Source: Octopus vulgaris (taxonomy: Eukaryota). From it: DNA of 64,000 nucleotides. This document shows positions 1-13,440 of the stretch, in pieces. The stretch is from positions 11,904,001-11,968,000 of the forward strand of contig OX597818.1 in the NCBI GenBank assembly GCA_951406725.2, read 5' to 3'. Made by a program: the position numbers and the translations under genes. The notes below the pieces were generated by a model that was given only the letters and a program-made list of their open reading frames with translations, did not search any database and was not told where the DNA came from. How positions within the stretch are numbered: the stretch's first letter is position 1; every line of letters begins with the position of its first letter.

Positions 1-572
1 ACAAAGTTTGTGTGTGTGTGTGCATATGATCCTTATGGATTTGAAAACCGAGTTGCCAATTTTGATGTAAGAGGAATAAAAAGATTCAGTAATCTTACGG
101 CTACCAAATAAAATGTTTTTTGCACAACAACTCATTTTTACAACAAAAATAACCTCGAAAACGAGGTCAAGTCACACAATTTTGAAGTCCTAGCTAAGGG
201 CGGCAACACTGCCTGAACAATCTTTATGAGAAAATGTTTAAAATACATGGAGTTTTACCAAAGCATGAAACTTGCAGTTCCATTATCCAAGAAAAGTGGT
301 GTGTAGAAGTGGTAGAAATGCTTCCTATCTGTGGTGTGTAAATTCCAATAGGAGTTAATATGTTGTCATCACAAATGGAAAGTATGGAGTCAACAAAGCC
401 AAGGCTTTGTTGTCTCATTTTATTTAACATATATATGCTCATACAAAACCCACATTGGACACCCTACTCATATCATTATCGAAACGAGAGTTTAATTACA
501 GTCCTTCCATAGCACCTACATAGCATTACTTGCCACCTTGGGTCTTCTGGATACCAATACCTCTCATACCTT

Positions 573-735
<163 letters not shown>

Positions 736-1699
736 CTGAACCTAAATCTAATACACAAAATGACACAGCAAAGGAAATTTACTATAATTTCTTTTTTATT
801 TTAACTTATTTTAAAAACTTTATAAAAAAAAATTAAAATTAAATGCAAGTAAATTTCTTGATATAAGTTATGGAGAACGGAACAAAAGTGTGCACCACAC
901 TGGCAAACAGGCAGATAGGCAAATAATAATTAGAACACACAGGAAAAATACAGGTTAGACGGAAAAAAAAAGTGTTTGATGGAAAGATTGCAAGATATTC
1001 ACCTACTGTGAATACTACAAATAAAATGATACTTGCCAACTGATACGTCGATCTGTGGATGTTTTACACGAAAACTAGAACAACAATAACTATATTTTAT
1101 AAATTTCTAGTAATGATTAAAACAACAAGCAACTTTACAACAGTCAATGAAAAGTTATCATTAGACATGTAGCATCAATGTGTGTGTGTGTGTGTGTGTG
1201 TGCACATATACATACACACACATATATGTGGAGGGGTAGCTCCATGGTTAAGAAGGTTGCTTATTTAATTTGCTTTGCGGGAGGACTGTTTTAATGAAAT
1301 CCTGTCTTGTCTCTACCTTCGAAATGCGGAATAGATAAAACGGGACAACTGATGAAGGGAATTTTCTTTATGTTGCTTGTTTTGTTTCTCTATTTGTTTC
1401 TTTTGTTGTTCGAAAAACGTTCGTTTTCTATGCTTTTGTTTTTTTATGTTCTCGTTTCTCATTTTGTTTACATTTCTTTGATGCCCTCTATCCATATATG
1501 CATGTACATATATATGTGTGTGTATGTGTGTAGGCATGTACATGAATGTGTGTATATATGCATATATATATATGTGTGTGTGTATACATACACACACACA
1601 TATACACACACGCACATACACACATCTATACATACACACACACATCTATACATACACACACACATCTATATATATATATATAAATTCAAAATGGAATAA

Positions 1700-2215
1700 A
1701 GAAACAATTCACATAAAAAGAACAGAAGACAAGGAAACCTGGAAACATCTTTCAACAGTCATAGAATTCCAGACTATAAGTGCAGTTGTAGTACATTTAA
1801 AGCCTGAAAACTTAATTCTATGGTACTGTTCACCTGGATGCACCAGTGATATTCCCAATATCACTGAAGTGATGGACATACAGGGCAGAAAATTAACAAT
1901 AGAACATATAGCAATAATGGATGAGTGAAGGTTCAAATCTTATTCAGTGAGCTCACTTCAGGAAAAAGACCAACCCTAGGTTGCCCTCTTTGAAAATACA
2001 AGGACCAACTCAAAACAACACTGAAAGCCACTAGAGTTGAGACTAAAGCATTTGAAACATAAGAAACAAAAACTTTGAAGCCACTAGAAGAGAAAAAGGA
2101 ATCAATCAAACAATAGGAGAGAAAGGCTCATCGAAAATCAACCTCATCCTCCATGCCATTGACTCTTCTATGCAAGAATTGGTCTACAGTCATCAACAGC
2201 ATCACCATAAAAGGA
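1700..2215 (+). mobile_element. Old RTE-like LINE 3' fragment
   Basis: Degenerate ..ILFSELTSGKRP..YKDQLKTTLK C-terminal RTE motif. Confidence 0.5.
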
Positions 2216-2475
2216 GCATTCAGCAAAGAGGAAACTAAATTCTCAGACATATATACTGCAAGTAGGGGAGCAAACACCCGGAAGTTGATAGGGGTTCACT
2301 CCCTTACTTGCAATATATCAAATGCAGATTGTATTAAATAACCAGCTGGAGCAGGCATCCTCCTCAAGTCAAGATGCTAGAAACATCAGTTTCTTCAGAA
2401 CAGCCACAATGAAATGGCAATAAACATTACTTCTCAGTATAGTTACTGCTTTCATCTCTTATAGAGATTTTCTAA

Positions 2476-2719
2476 CTAGCTAATTCACTTGTTTTAAGTG
2501 TATATATATATATATATATATATACTTAAAACAAATGAATTAGCTAGGAAAAATAAGATACTCAGAAATCTGGATGGTTGTACATTTACAGATTTTTATT
2601 AATATGTCACATGTTTTTATAAATCATATATTAGGCTAATATATGATTTATAAAAAGATGACATATTAATAAAAATCTGTAAATGTACAACCATCCAGAT
2701 TTCTGAGTATCTTATTTTT
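2476..2719. repeat. Two adjacent long palindromes
   Basis: 2476-2547 is centred on (TA)n; the second has arms 2549-2634 and 2636-2719. Confidence 0.9.
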
Positions 2720-2865
2720 TCTAATATATAATACCTGTACATCACCTCCAAACCTTCTAATATATATATATATAATTAATCCCAAAATTAATCATAATTA
2801 ATCACCCCAAAAAATGAAGAAAAAACACAAGGGATAAACAACAACGAAAGGGAAGGAAAGAGTGT

Positions 2866-2899
2866 TTTACATTTCGAGCAAAGCTCTTCTTCAGAAAAA
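2866..2899 (-). ncRNA. Minimal hammerhead-ribozyme-like core (Penelope-type), probably degenerate
   Basis: Minus: ttttt-CTGAAGA-A-GAGC-ttt-GCTC-GAAA-tGTA-aaa. Core boxes and stem II are intact; stem III C is replaced by T at a CpG. Confidence 0.5.
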
Positions 2900-3558
2900 G
2901 GAGACAGAGGAAAGTCCAAGAGAAAAGGAAGAAGGAGGGGAAAAAATCACCAACAATCCACATGTAGTTAAATTTTGAGTGTATACACATACATAATTGT
3001 ATATATGTATGTGTGATGGTGTCCTGACATCATGTGTCAGTCCCTAATGCTAATCACTCTGCAGGGTGTACTGCTCTTCCTGATACCAACCATTACTTGT
3101 TTTTCAAAGAAGGGATTTTATTTCTTTTCATTTCAGACATCTTCAAAAGTACAGAATGACCAATCATAATAACAACAAGATATGTCAGCAGCATCTTCAT
3201 TATGCTCAAGCAATGACAAGTATGGGATATTAACATTCACATATGCACACACACACACTAAGCTTCCTGCAGTTTCTGTCTACCAAATTCATTCACAAGA
3301 CATTGGGTCAGTCTGGGGCTATAGTAGCAGAAACATGCTCAAGGCACTGTGCAGTGGGACGAAACCCAAAAACCGTGTGGCCGCGCCATAAGCATTTTAA
3401 CTATACAGCTATAGCTGCTTCTATATATATTATACCTGGGCACCTGGGAACTATGAAGTCAGATCAAACATTGGTTTATGTGTTTGTGCGTGTGTAAAAG
3501 ACAGCATGTATGTGTGTTATTGTATCATGCAAAGTTTTTAGTTGAGGATTGCCTATTC

Positions 3559-4065
3559 CAGTGCTACTCAAAGTGGTGGTCCGTGGACCAGTTCCAGTCC
3601 GCGAGCCATCAACTGCCGGTACATGGTAAGCTTCCAGAAAAGAAAGAAACATTATAACATGCTTGTAAAATGCTTATGTAATATTGTATTATTTGTTTAC
3701 AAAATGAATATAAGATTTTTGAAATTGTCAACTTTTATTATATTCATTATATGGGCATGGCTGTGTGGTTAGGGAGCTTGCTTCCTAGCTATATGGTTTC
3801 GGGTTCAGTCCCACTGCGTGGCACTTTGGGTAGGTGCCTTTCACTATAGCCCCGAGCTGACCGGAGCTTTGTGATTGAATTCGGTAGGTGGAAGTTACTG
3901 CCGTGTGTGTATATGTGCGTGTAGGTGCTTGTGCCTCTCCGAAAGAGAGAGAGAGGGATATTGTTTCTGGTGTAAATTAATATTACTAAGAAATATTACC
4001 GGTCCCTGGAACAATGCAAAAAAAAAACTGCTGGTATGCCACATCAGATAGTTTGAGAAGCACTG
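3559..4065. mobile_element. hAT/Charlie-type MITE with nested SINE
   Basis: TIRs cagtgctactcaaa / tttgagaagcactg; degenerate 8-bp TSD gcctattc / gccaatac. Confidence 0.8.
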
Positions 4066-4654
4066 GCCAATACGATATCTCTTTCACTGTCTTTTTGTCA
4101 GTCAGGGAGCATCAGACTTTTATGAGGAGCTCTGAGTATAACACATCAAAAGGAATTTCACTGGGTTCCTAGATCAGATTGCTAAATAATTTTAAAGGCA
4201 ACAACTTTTTGTTTCAACATTGCCTTCTAAAATGAAGGACCAATTAATAGTTAAATACAAAAATATATCACTCAGAGGAGCTTTTAGGATTTGTATTGGT
4301 GATCATAAAAAAAGTGTGCGGAGGGAGAGGAAATGATGTATATGCTTCAGAAGATAACTGAAATTTTAATGAAGTTCCTATCAACTTGAAAACTGGGAAT
4401 GAGAAGTTTATGTATCATTGTTCTCAGAGAAGTAATATACATTTACTTCTTTCTATGAATCCAAGGAATACAAATAGATGTTGTATAAAACTACTTAAGA
4501 TATAATCTTATTCTGAAACATATTAAAAGGTGATAGTAAGGTCATTGACTGGACTCAGATTAGCTTTTATTGTTCAAATATAAATATCACAGCGAGATAG
4601 GGAGGGATAGACGGATGGACAGACAGACAGACAAATGGACAAAATAATACTTAC

Positions 4655-4759
4655 TGTGATATGTTTGATTCCTTTCACTTTAGAGATTTGGCCTTCAATA
4701 TTAACAACACAGGAATTGCAGTGCATTCCTTGAATGCTGATATCTGCCGATTTCTCCAT
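4655..4759 (-). CDS. ATP7A: First coding exon of copper-transporting P1B-type ATPase (ATP7A/B family), N-terminal part of metal-binding (HMA) domain 1
   Basis: Translates MEKSADISIQGMHCNSCVVNIEGQISKVKGIKHIT, with GMxCxxC motif, aligning to human ATP7A N-terminus ([29 protein letters not shown]). ATG in ACCATGG context with in-frame TAA at 4774-4772. Phase-0 donor ACA|GTAAGT at 4655/4654. The symbol marks the family; the A/B split is vertebrate. Confidence 0.88.
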
Positions 4760-4782
4760 GGTAACCACCTTTTATAAAAGAC
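4760..4782 (-). other. 5'UTR part of the ATP7 start-codon exon
   Basis: Acceptor tttgctttatttttccag|GT at 4783/4782 preceded by a pyrimidine tract, so at least one non-coding exon lies at higher coordinates. Confidence 0.8.
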
Positions 4783-5053
4783 CTGGAAAAATAAAGCAAA
4801 AATAAAATATTGGCTGCAGTAAAGTGGCAGGACTGGTAATCATGATCATCATCATCATAATAATCTCACTGTTTTAACGTCAATTTACCCACATGAGTAC
4901 AAATTAAAAAGGTAATACAAGATTTCTTTGTATCCTTTAATCTGGTACCATTATAGGACTCACTTAACAACGGTCACTCAACAGGTAATCAACACATTGT
5001 AATGATACAACCATTGTTTCTTACAACATCAAATAAAACCTCAATGCATTTCC

Positions 5054-5250
5054 TTAACCCTTTAACATTCAGATTATTGTCAAATATAATGCCTTTTTAT
5101 CCATATTGCTTTGAAATGATCCTAAATTATCTTGTAGCTTCCAGATTTTAATGATGCGATGGCTTATTTTCAGAATGACATTGCAGGGTACGTGTGAGAG
5201 GCTGGATCTAGTTGGGCCTGATATGGCCAGTTTAAATGCTAAAGGGTTGA
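5054..5250. mobile_element. Second TTAA-type MITE family; copies at ~11520-11705, 20385-20610 (nested) and 53950-54170
   Basis: ttaaccctttaacattcag...aaatgctaaagggttga, recurring across the window. Confidence 0.75.
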
Positions 5251-6942
5251 CCTGCAAAAGATAGCAACCAAATCTTCCTCAAATTAAATTCTACCACCTT
5301 AAAACTGAAAGAACATGTAGATAAAGAAAAAGACAGGATAGTCATGGATAGAATGCCTTTATCATGGGTTTGCTTGATAAGGCCTGAACTGGGAGGCTAA
5401 ACAGCAACAGAACAAAATACAAAATGAAAACAGGGTACACTCAAGGTGATCCAATGAGGCAGTTTCTATGGAAAATAACCCAATCTGCTAGATATAGCAA
5501 CCAAGCCTTCAAATCCTACCTAAAGTAAAGAAGGATACACTGGATAGTGTAGTCCTCTTTAGAGACACTACATTTAAATAAAAAATAAAATAAAAAGGAG
5601 ACAGTATGCTGGCATGGAAGACTTTGATCATGTGACTGCTCTATCAGGGTTGATCAGAGACTAAATTTATTTTTTCATATATATTTTGAAAACAAAAACT
5701 GATGTTTTCAGCACACCCATATTCTAATGGAATGAAATACTTCACTGATCCCACAGCATTATTACTCTCTGAAGCTATAGTGTTGAAATTCTAAACATAC
5801 ACTCAGCACTTACCTCTATGAGCTTCATTATTTCTTTGCTTATATCTCTCTTATTCTGCACACATACAGTTCTCATTTTATTACCTCCTCTTTGTATATA
5901 GCTCTTATTTCATCATCCTCAAGCTCTCATTTTTATCTCATTCCTTTACCTCTCCATTTATCTGTAATGATTTTCAGCATCATTAGCCTTCCATAGTTTG
6001 TTTTTCTCATTAAAACCAACCAAACCTGCATACATACTTTTATCAGCTATTAAAACAGTAATTGTAGTCTTAGCCAAAATTGTTAATATTTTATGTTATT
6101 GGCTAAATTCATTTCTCATTAGAATTGGTGCCAAAAGACAAATCAATCCAACAAAGTTAACTCGAGACTTTGTATTGGCTATATCAATAAAATAATTGGC
6201 CAATCAGTATAATGCCAGTAACCTGTCACAGTCAGCTAATGAACTATAAATGAGCTTATTTAACTAGATTAAGGTAGAGAGATGTGGTACTGGCAACCTT
6301 AGCTGGTGGTGGTTGTTCTCACAATCTGTGTCATAACATTCATTGTTTTTCTCAGTCTTTCATTCATTCTCTCACTGCCATAGTCAAAGTCCATTCACAC
6401 AACTCTATGTCTCAGTCATTGTAGAGCAGAACACAAAAATAGCCTCTAAAGGAAACTAAATATCAAAGACATTTCACATAATAAAAACAACTGTTTTTCA
6501 CAAGAGAACTTGAAACTGCATCCTTTAGTACAGCTTACAAACTTGAATGTTTCAATAGTAAAGAGCTCGTGACTGCATTTCTTAACACATAACAGAAAGA
6601 ACATTCATTTCTGCATAAACTACTGGGCCATTGTCTTGATATGTAACTTTTTAACAAAACATTGAATAAAACTGTTGTGTATCATTCCTCTTAGGTCATA
6701 AAATATCTCGCTGGGGATCTCATTTTATCTTCTGTCTCTATATCTCTCATTTCATCTTTCTCTAGCTTTTCTTTCACCTCTCTAATTCTTTCATTTGATC
6801 ACTCATTCAATCTCCTCCTTATATATATATGTAAAAAAATACAAACTGGGACAAGAACGCAAAACATTTAGAAGACAATACAAAAAACACGGACTGGACA
6901 TTCGAAGCCCTCAATCTTCAGTCAAGAACCAGATCATCCTCG

Positions 6943-6993
<51 letters not shown>

Positions 6994-7008
6994 GCACACA
7001 CACACGCA

Positions 7009-7229
7009 TACGAGGGGGTGCTGAAAAGTTCCTGGCTTTGGGTAAAAGAAAATACAGGAGGATCAGTTAATTAATGATTTTATTCAACATATTCTCCTCT
7101 CTGATTCACATGCTTATTGCAGCGGCCCTTCAGTTTTTCTTAGGCATGCAAAAGAACTCAGAAGATTGGGCCTCCAACCAGGCCTTTTGTGATACCCTTA
7201 AAGCCAGGAACTTTCCATCACCCCCTTGT
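7009..7229. mobile_element. Mariner-type MITE
   Basis: TIRs tacgagggggtgctgaaaagttcctggcttt / aaagccaggaactttccatcacccccttgt. Confidence 0.85.
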
Positions 7230-9894
7230 TTATAATAATAATGAAATTATTGTATACAGTGCTCAGGTGCACCACAACTTGTCAGAAAGTGCGTATAGAG
7301 TATATGCAGTAATGTACAAATGTCTGGAAAGCGAACAATGTATGAGTCAGATACATGCTTGTGTGTGTATGGAGGGGAGAAAATCAGGTGTAATGTTGGC
7401 GACAGCTAACAGACCACATAGGTAATCCAATACAGGAGGAGTATAATGCAGAGTTCTATGCAGGTGAAATCCAGGAGATCCAATAGATGAAATTATTTTG
7501 TGAGGAGTATATAAACCATAAAAAGTCAGGAGGTATGAGAGGTGAATACATTTAACCACTTCAAACTTCAGTGTATAATAAATTATGTTAATGCTAGCTA
7601 GCTTTATTTACATTGATTATGAATAGAGAATTGTATTGTATAATGCATACCATGCATATTAATGCAGATATGTAAACATAATTTATTCCACACTGAAATT
7701 ATTACTGCATGAAGAAGGCTGCGAAACACCTATAACCCTAAGGATGTCAAGTGGTTAAATACATATATTCACCTTTCATACCTCATCCTTTTATGGTTTA
7801 TACACACACACACACACATTCTCCCTCTCTTGTTCCTTTTCTCTCTATCATTTATTCTATCACATCACTTTCAAACTATCATTCTCTTTTTTTCCAATAA
7901 ACTGTTCTGGTATCTATTTTTCTCCTTTCCCACTGCCCACTCCTCAATCTTTCCACCTTTTTTTTTTTTTTTTTTACATCTCTATTCCTCCACTTAGTCT
8001 CTCTCCCTTTCAACCTAACAAAGAAGCCTTTCTGGGATCTGTCAACTTGCAAAAAATAAACCAAAAGTTTCCCCAAAATTACACCTTACCATCTTCTAAA
8101 AAAGAAGGATTAAACATTGATTGGATAATACAGTCCTAGCTACATGCAATATCAGAGAAAAGGATACATCTGCTCAGTCAGGCTTACTTGAGATTAAACA
8201 ACATCTACTAGCTCTCTATTTCTATCTCTCTACTAATATTACCAACCAACATGCACTCAGCATTATCTCATTGTTCAATCCGTCAGAAATTCAATAGAAG
8301 AAAAAAAGGAAAAAACAGACACAAAATAATCACAAGAAAAATAAATAGAAAGCCTGTCTAAATCATGAGAAACTATATTTTTAACTTCCGTTTTACAGAT
8401 ATCTATTTAGTTATCTTTTTGTTCTCAAACTTGTTAATATTTTTCTGCAACATTTCTTGTCTATTAGTCAACACTATAAATAGTCAGTAGGGAAATCCGT
8501 CAACATGCTAAATACAGAGAGCATTAAAATACAAACTAGAAATGAATTTATAGAAATGAGACAAAAAGAATATTACGGAGATGTACTTGCATAGCGAGTG
8601 ACTTGATCTGAGATCGTGTGCTAGAACAAAAACAATTGCAGCATGGAAGGTGTTTATAAGCCATTTAAGAAACACACAAAAACCGTTCGATTCCCTTCAA
8701 CATTTAAATTTAATTTATCAACATATTTTCGTTGCTTTGAGACCGCGACTTGTTCATTGACAAAACTGACAAAAATAATATTACTTAATGATTATTATTT
8801 TCATTTTTCCAGCATGTAAGAGAGACATGTTCAAGTCTTATTTTGACCACATCGTTGAAGTATAGCCTTCAGCATATTTGAGAACGCAGTGATAACAGAA
8901 TTAATGAATAAATCTATAAGGCCGAAAATTTGTTGGTAAAGGGAAATAGAATTGTTAAAAAATGAAATAATTCAATTATTACAGTACTTGGGACAAATGA
9001 TATTATTGATGCTGCAACTCTGTCAACTTGGATGTGTCAGAGCTGAGTGGGAAAGAAAATATTTTTAGAGTGATGTTGTGTAACCATTCTTGTGGGAATA
9101 GATGGTTCAAAGTGTTTGAGTGGGGTAATTCTGCATGCCAGGTGAGGCGGAGGTTACAAGATGTTGTATAGCCCCAGGTCAGCTCTGATCAAGCAAACCT
9201 ATGACACACAGATAATTAGTTGAATGATCAAGAGTAACCACCCAAACTTATTGTTCCAAATATACTATGGTTCCACACAGCTGAGAACCATACTGCACCC
9301 ATCAGCATGCATTGCTGAAGATGCACTCTCTCCACTGTCCACTGTATTTCTGTACTGATGACGAAGTTTTTATCGAAACTGATCCCATATTCTTGAGATG
9401 ATTGAAGCTATGGGTTTATGTATGATTAATTCAAAACAATGTGAATATATAAGTACTACATCTGACAGAGTAATCTGAGAGCTAAAGGGCTAAGGATACA
9501 TATGCCTGCGGAATACTAAGTCACCTAAATAAACTGTTATTTAATAAGCAGGTAGGCTAGTTGATTGAACAATTAGAAAAGAATATTTGTTAAAACTGAT
9601 GGCTGATCCATTTACTCAAAGTATGTATAAATTATTGTGACTGACTCCAAACTGTTAGGCTTTATGACAGATTCTCAATGGCAAAACATGAAATTTCCCT
9701 ACACACTATTGAATAAGAGGGAAAAACAAAATGGAATATATTATCAGTTGTTAAAGATTTCAGCCAATATCAAAACAATGAAGACTATATTACAACAAGC
9801 TGATTTTTAGGAGATGGCTCCCCAGTTCTGTAGTAGTTGAGGTCATGGAGTTGTGCAGCAATTAACATTCAATGCACCAATTTTTCCATGACCA

Positions 9895-10280
9895 GGGTGG
9901 CTGTGTGGTAAGAAACTTACTTCTCATCCACATGGTTCCGAGTTCAGTCCCCATGTAGCACCTTGGACAAGTGTCTTCTTCTATAACCTTGGGACAATCC
10001 AAGCCTTGTGAGTTGATTTGGTAGATGGAAACTGTGAGAAGCCCACACCGTGTGTGTGTGTGTCTTTGGGTCAATGTCTGTCCCCCCTCACCGCTTGACT
10101 ACTAGTGTTGGTGTGTTTATGTCCCTGTAACTTAACAGTTCAGCAAAAGAGACCAATAGAATAAGTACTAGGCTTAACAAAAATAAGTACTGGGGGCAAT
10201 TAATTAATTCAACTAAAAATACTTCAAGGTAGTGCCCCAGCATGGCTGTAGTCTAATGACTGAAACAAATAAAAGATAGA
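9895..10280 (+). mobile_element. SINE, dominant family
   Basis: Same head and tail as the 45183 copy. Confidence 0.85.
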
Positions 10281-10734
10281 AGATATACCAGGCAAGTCCT
10301 TTAGCTCCATTCAATTCTTGTTCAAAATATATTTTAATATAGTTGTATTTAACAAATTTTATACAATATAAAAGATTTAATATAAAAACAATACAAACAT
10401 TATTGACTTTTAATAAGACTATTTAATTCTATTTTAATTTTTGCTAAGATATTTAATGATTGGGGTTATATTCCTTACTAAGAGCTGTTGAGAATTAATG
10501 CTTCATTTTTGAATAAGTTGATGATGATGTCTAACCCATGCCAGCAAGGAGAATGGATGTTAGATGATGTTGATGAGGAGGGGGATGCTGATTTTGTAGT
10601 TATGACCTTGTTTTACTTTCTTATCATTTTCATGGATGTTTGTTCACGTTCGTTCATTGTTCCCAAATGAGAGATATAACTGCAGTTTTTCTTAATTTTG
10701 AAAAATGTATACAAAATTGTAATCCATACGCTTT

Positions 10735-11145
10735 TACTCTCTTTTACACGTTTCAATCATTTGACTGTGGCCATGCTGGAGCACCGCCTTTAGTCGAGCA
10801 AATCGACCCCAGGACTTATTCTTTGTAAGCCTAGTACTTATTCTATCGGTCTCTTTTGTCGAACCACTAAGTTATGGGGACGTAAACACACCAGCATCGG
10901 TTGTCAAGCGATGTTGGAAGGACAAACACAGACATACAAACATATACACACACACACACACACATACATATACATATATATATACGACGAGATTCTTTCA
11001 GTTTCCATCTACCAAATCCACTCACAAGGCTTTGGTCGGCCCGAGGCTATAGTAGAAGACACTTGCCCAAGGTGCAACACAGTGGGTCTGAACCCGGAAC
11101 CATGTGGTTCGTAAGCAAGCTACTTACCACACAGCCACTCCTACA
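10735..11145 (-). mobile_element. SINE, dominant family
   Basis: Reverse complement of the 45183 copy. Confidence 0.9.
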
Positions 11146-12929
11146 CCTTAGCTAACATTCTTTATAAAGTGTTTGTTATAAACATCACGTTTCTGTAATA
11201 TGCATAAGGGAGAATAAAATTGGAAGGAGTTATAAAGAAGAGCGACAGTGGTAAACAGCTACATGCTGGTTGTTGCTACAGCTTCACACCATATGCACAC
11301 AACCAGGAGGTATATGTGTGTATAAATATACATATTCACACATGCTTATATATATATTACATATATACATACACACAAAACCATATATACAATTTCAAGT
11401 TAATGGAGCTCTCATCAGTTTTAACAATATATATTCTAACTGTTCAATCGACTAGCCTAGCTACTCATTAAATTATAGAGTTTCCAAATAGCTGAGTATT
11501 CCAGACATATGTACCCTTCGCCTTTAAGCATTCAGAATACTTTGTCTCTGCATAATCTTGGAGCTTCAACATTTCAATGATATGATTAATTATTTTTAGA
11601 ATGACATTGTACAGTAGGTGTGAAAGGCCAGATCTGGCCAGTTTGAAATTAAAACAAGTAGAACATTTGGACCAAATATGGCCAGTTTAAATGCTAAAGG
11701 GTTAATGTAATCTCCAGGTGAAATCAGCTTGACACAGGGAATCACAAGGCTGGCTTTCTGAATCACTGATGCAATCCATCTGACAGGATTTCATTCACAG
11801 GATGGAAGTTGACCCAAGGCTTATGACAGAAGTCAGTACCTCAATGTGCCAAGCAGTAGGACTGAACCCACAACTTTGTGAATCTAAACAAATTCCTTAT
11901 CCATTCCGCCATGCCTGTGCCACTATTTTTCAATGCACATTCATAAATACAAATATGAATAAAAATATGTGAGGGGGAAATGGAATTCTATCCAAAAAAT
12001 GTACAACCACAAATGTGAATGTGTATGGATACACACATACACTCACACATTACTCCATTAAACAGACACATGATATTAATGGGAAGTCGATAAGAGCTTT
12101 TATATGTAAGACAACACTATATGAAACTAACTTTTGTGCTAACTACAAAAGTGGAAACCATCAAGTAGTATGTCAACCTGCTAGAAATAGCAGCCAAATC
12201 ACTCTCAGTTCACAACCTAACAGCTTAAGGAAGAAAAGAAAATACTGGATAATAAAGTCTTGAACCAATAAGTCTGAAATAAAAATGGTTAGTCATGGTT
12301 GGATTGTTTAGCAATCAAGACTGGATAGGAGATAAATATGAATACACACACACACACATACATACAGCTTCATTAAACAGACTTATGAGAGCTCATCATG
12401 AAATCAATAATAACATTTATGTGTCCTTACAATACTACATAAAAGAAATTAGCACACACACGTACATGAATATGCATGTATGCAAACCCAAAAGGACAGA
12501 AATCACTAATTCAAAAATCAACACTATCACATTGATGACCTATGCCTTGTCATAAACCCTATTCTGATTATGTAGGGTCAACAAACAATTTTTCTTTTCA
12601 ACACAAACTTCCTGAACATGTGGTAGATTTGATAAAAACTTAAAGTCAGCTATAATAAATATAAATATGAGCTGTCTCCTAGGACATTTTCTATTTCATG
12701 GCACCATCTGGTTTGACAATTTGAAACCTGGTCTCATTTCAAATATCAGCTCATAAAGAATGAAATGTCCAATTTTCTTATACACCAAGTTTGATAGTCG
12801 TTAACTCTAATGTTTTATCCTGACAATTCTTTGTTTTACAACATTGAAAAGTTACATCTTTACTTTTCGAAATGCAATACATGGTATCTGATTATATTGT
12901 TAGTTCTCTCTTGTAAATCAATTTTTGTG

Positions 12930-13440
12930 AACTCATGGATGGATAAAAAAAAATCATGTTGCCTATAAATATGAGTTCTGTGATGGAACTAGTAAATCCC
13001 AGACAGCTCAAAACATCAATGAGGTGTTTGGTGAATATGTGGCAAATGAGCACACTGTACATCGATGGTTTGAGAAGTTCCAGCCTGGTAACTTTACTTT
13101 TGAAAATCAGCCCCATGGTAGACTTGAGACCAAGGTGGATAATGATGATCTGGAAACTGTAGTGAAAGTGGAAACATCTCAAACTATGTGTGACTTAGCA
13201 GCAAGGTTTAATGTTTTGATTCCAACTGTACTGGACTATCTGAAACAAATCAGCAAGGTAAAGAAATTGGACAAGTGGGTACCACATGAACTGAACAAGC
13301 ATCAAATGACACATCGTCTTGAAACTTGCTGCTCTCTGCTGTCATGGTGTGTGATGAAAAATGGATTCTTTTCAACAAGAGCATGCGTTCTGCACAGTGG
13401 TTGGATAGAGTCGAAGTATCAAAACACACTCTTTTTTTTT
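12930..13440 (+). mobile_element. Mariner transposase fragment
   Basis: NEHTVHRWFEKF..ENQPHGR, WVPHEL and frameshifted CDEKWI. Confidence 0.9.

Noticed and set aside
4574-4654. C-terminal part of the 64-aa ORF as a standalone copper chaperone
   Set aside because: Read-through past a consensus GTAAGT donor into (CTGT)n intron sequence; the HMA fold is incomplete.
9355-9385. CTGATGA..CGAAAC hammerhead-like motif
   Set aside because: Only a 2-bp stem II and no convincing stem I or III.
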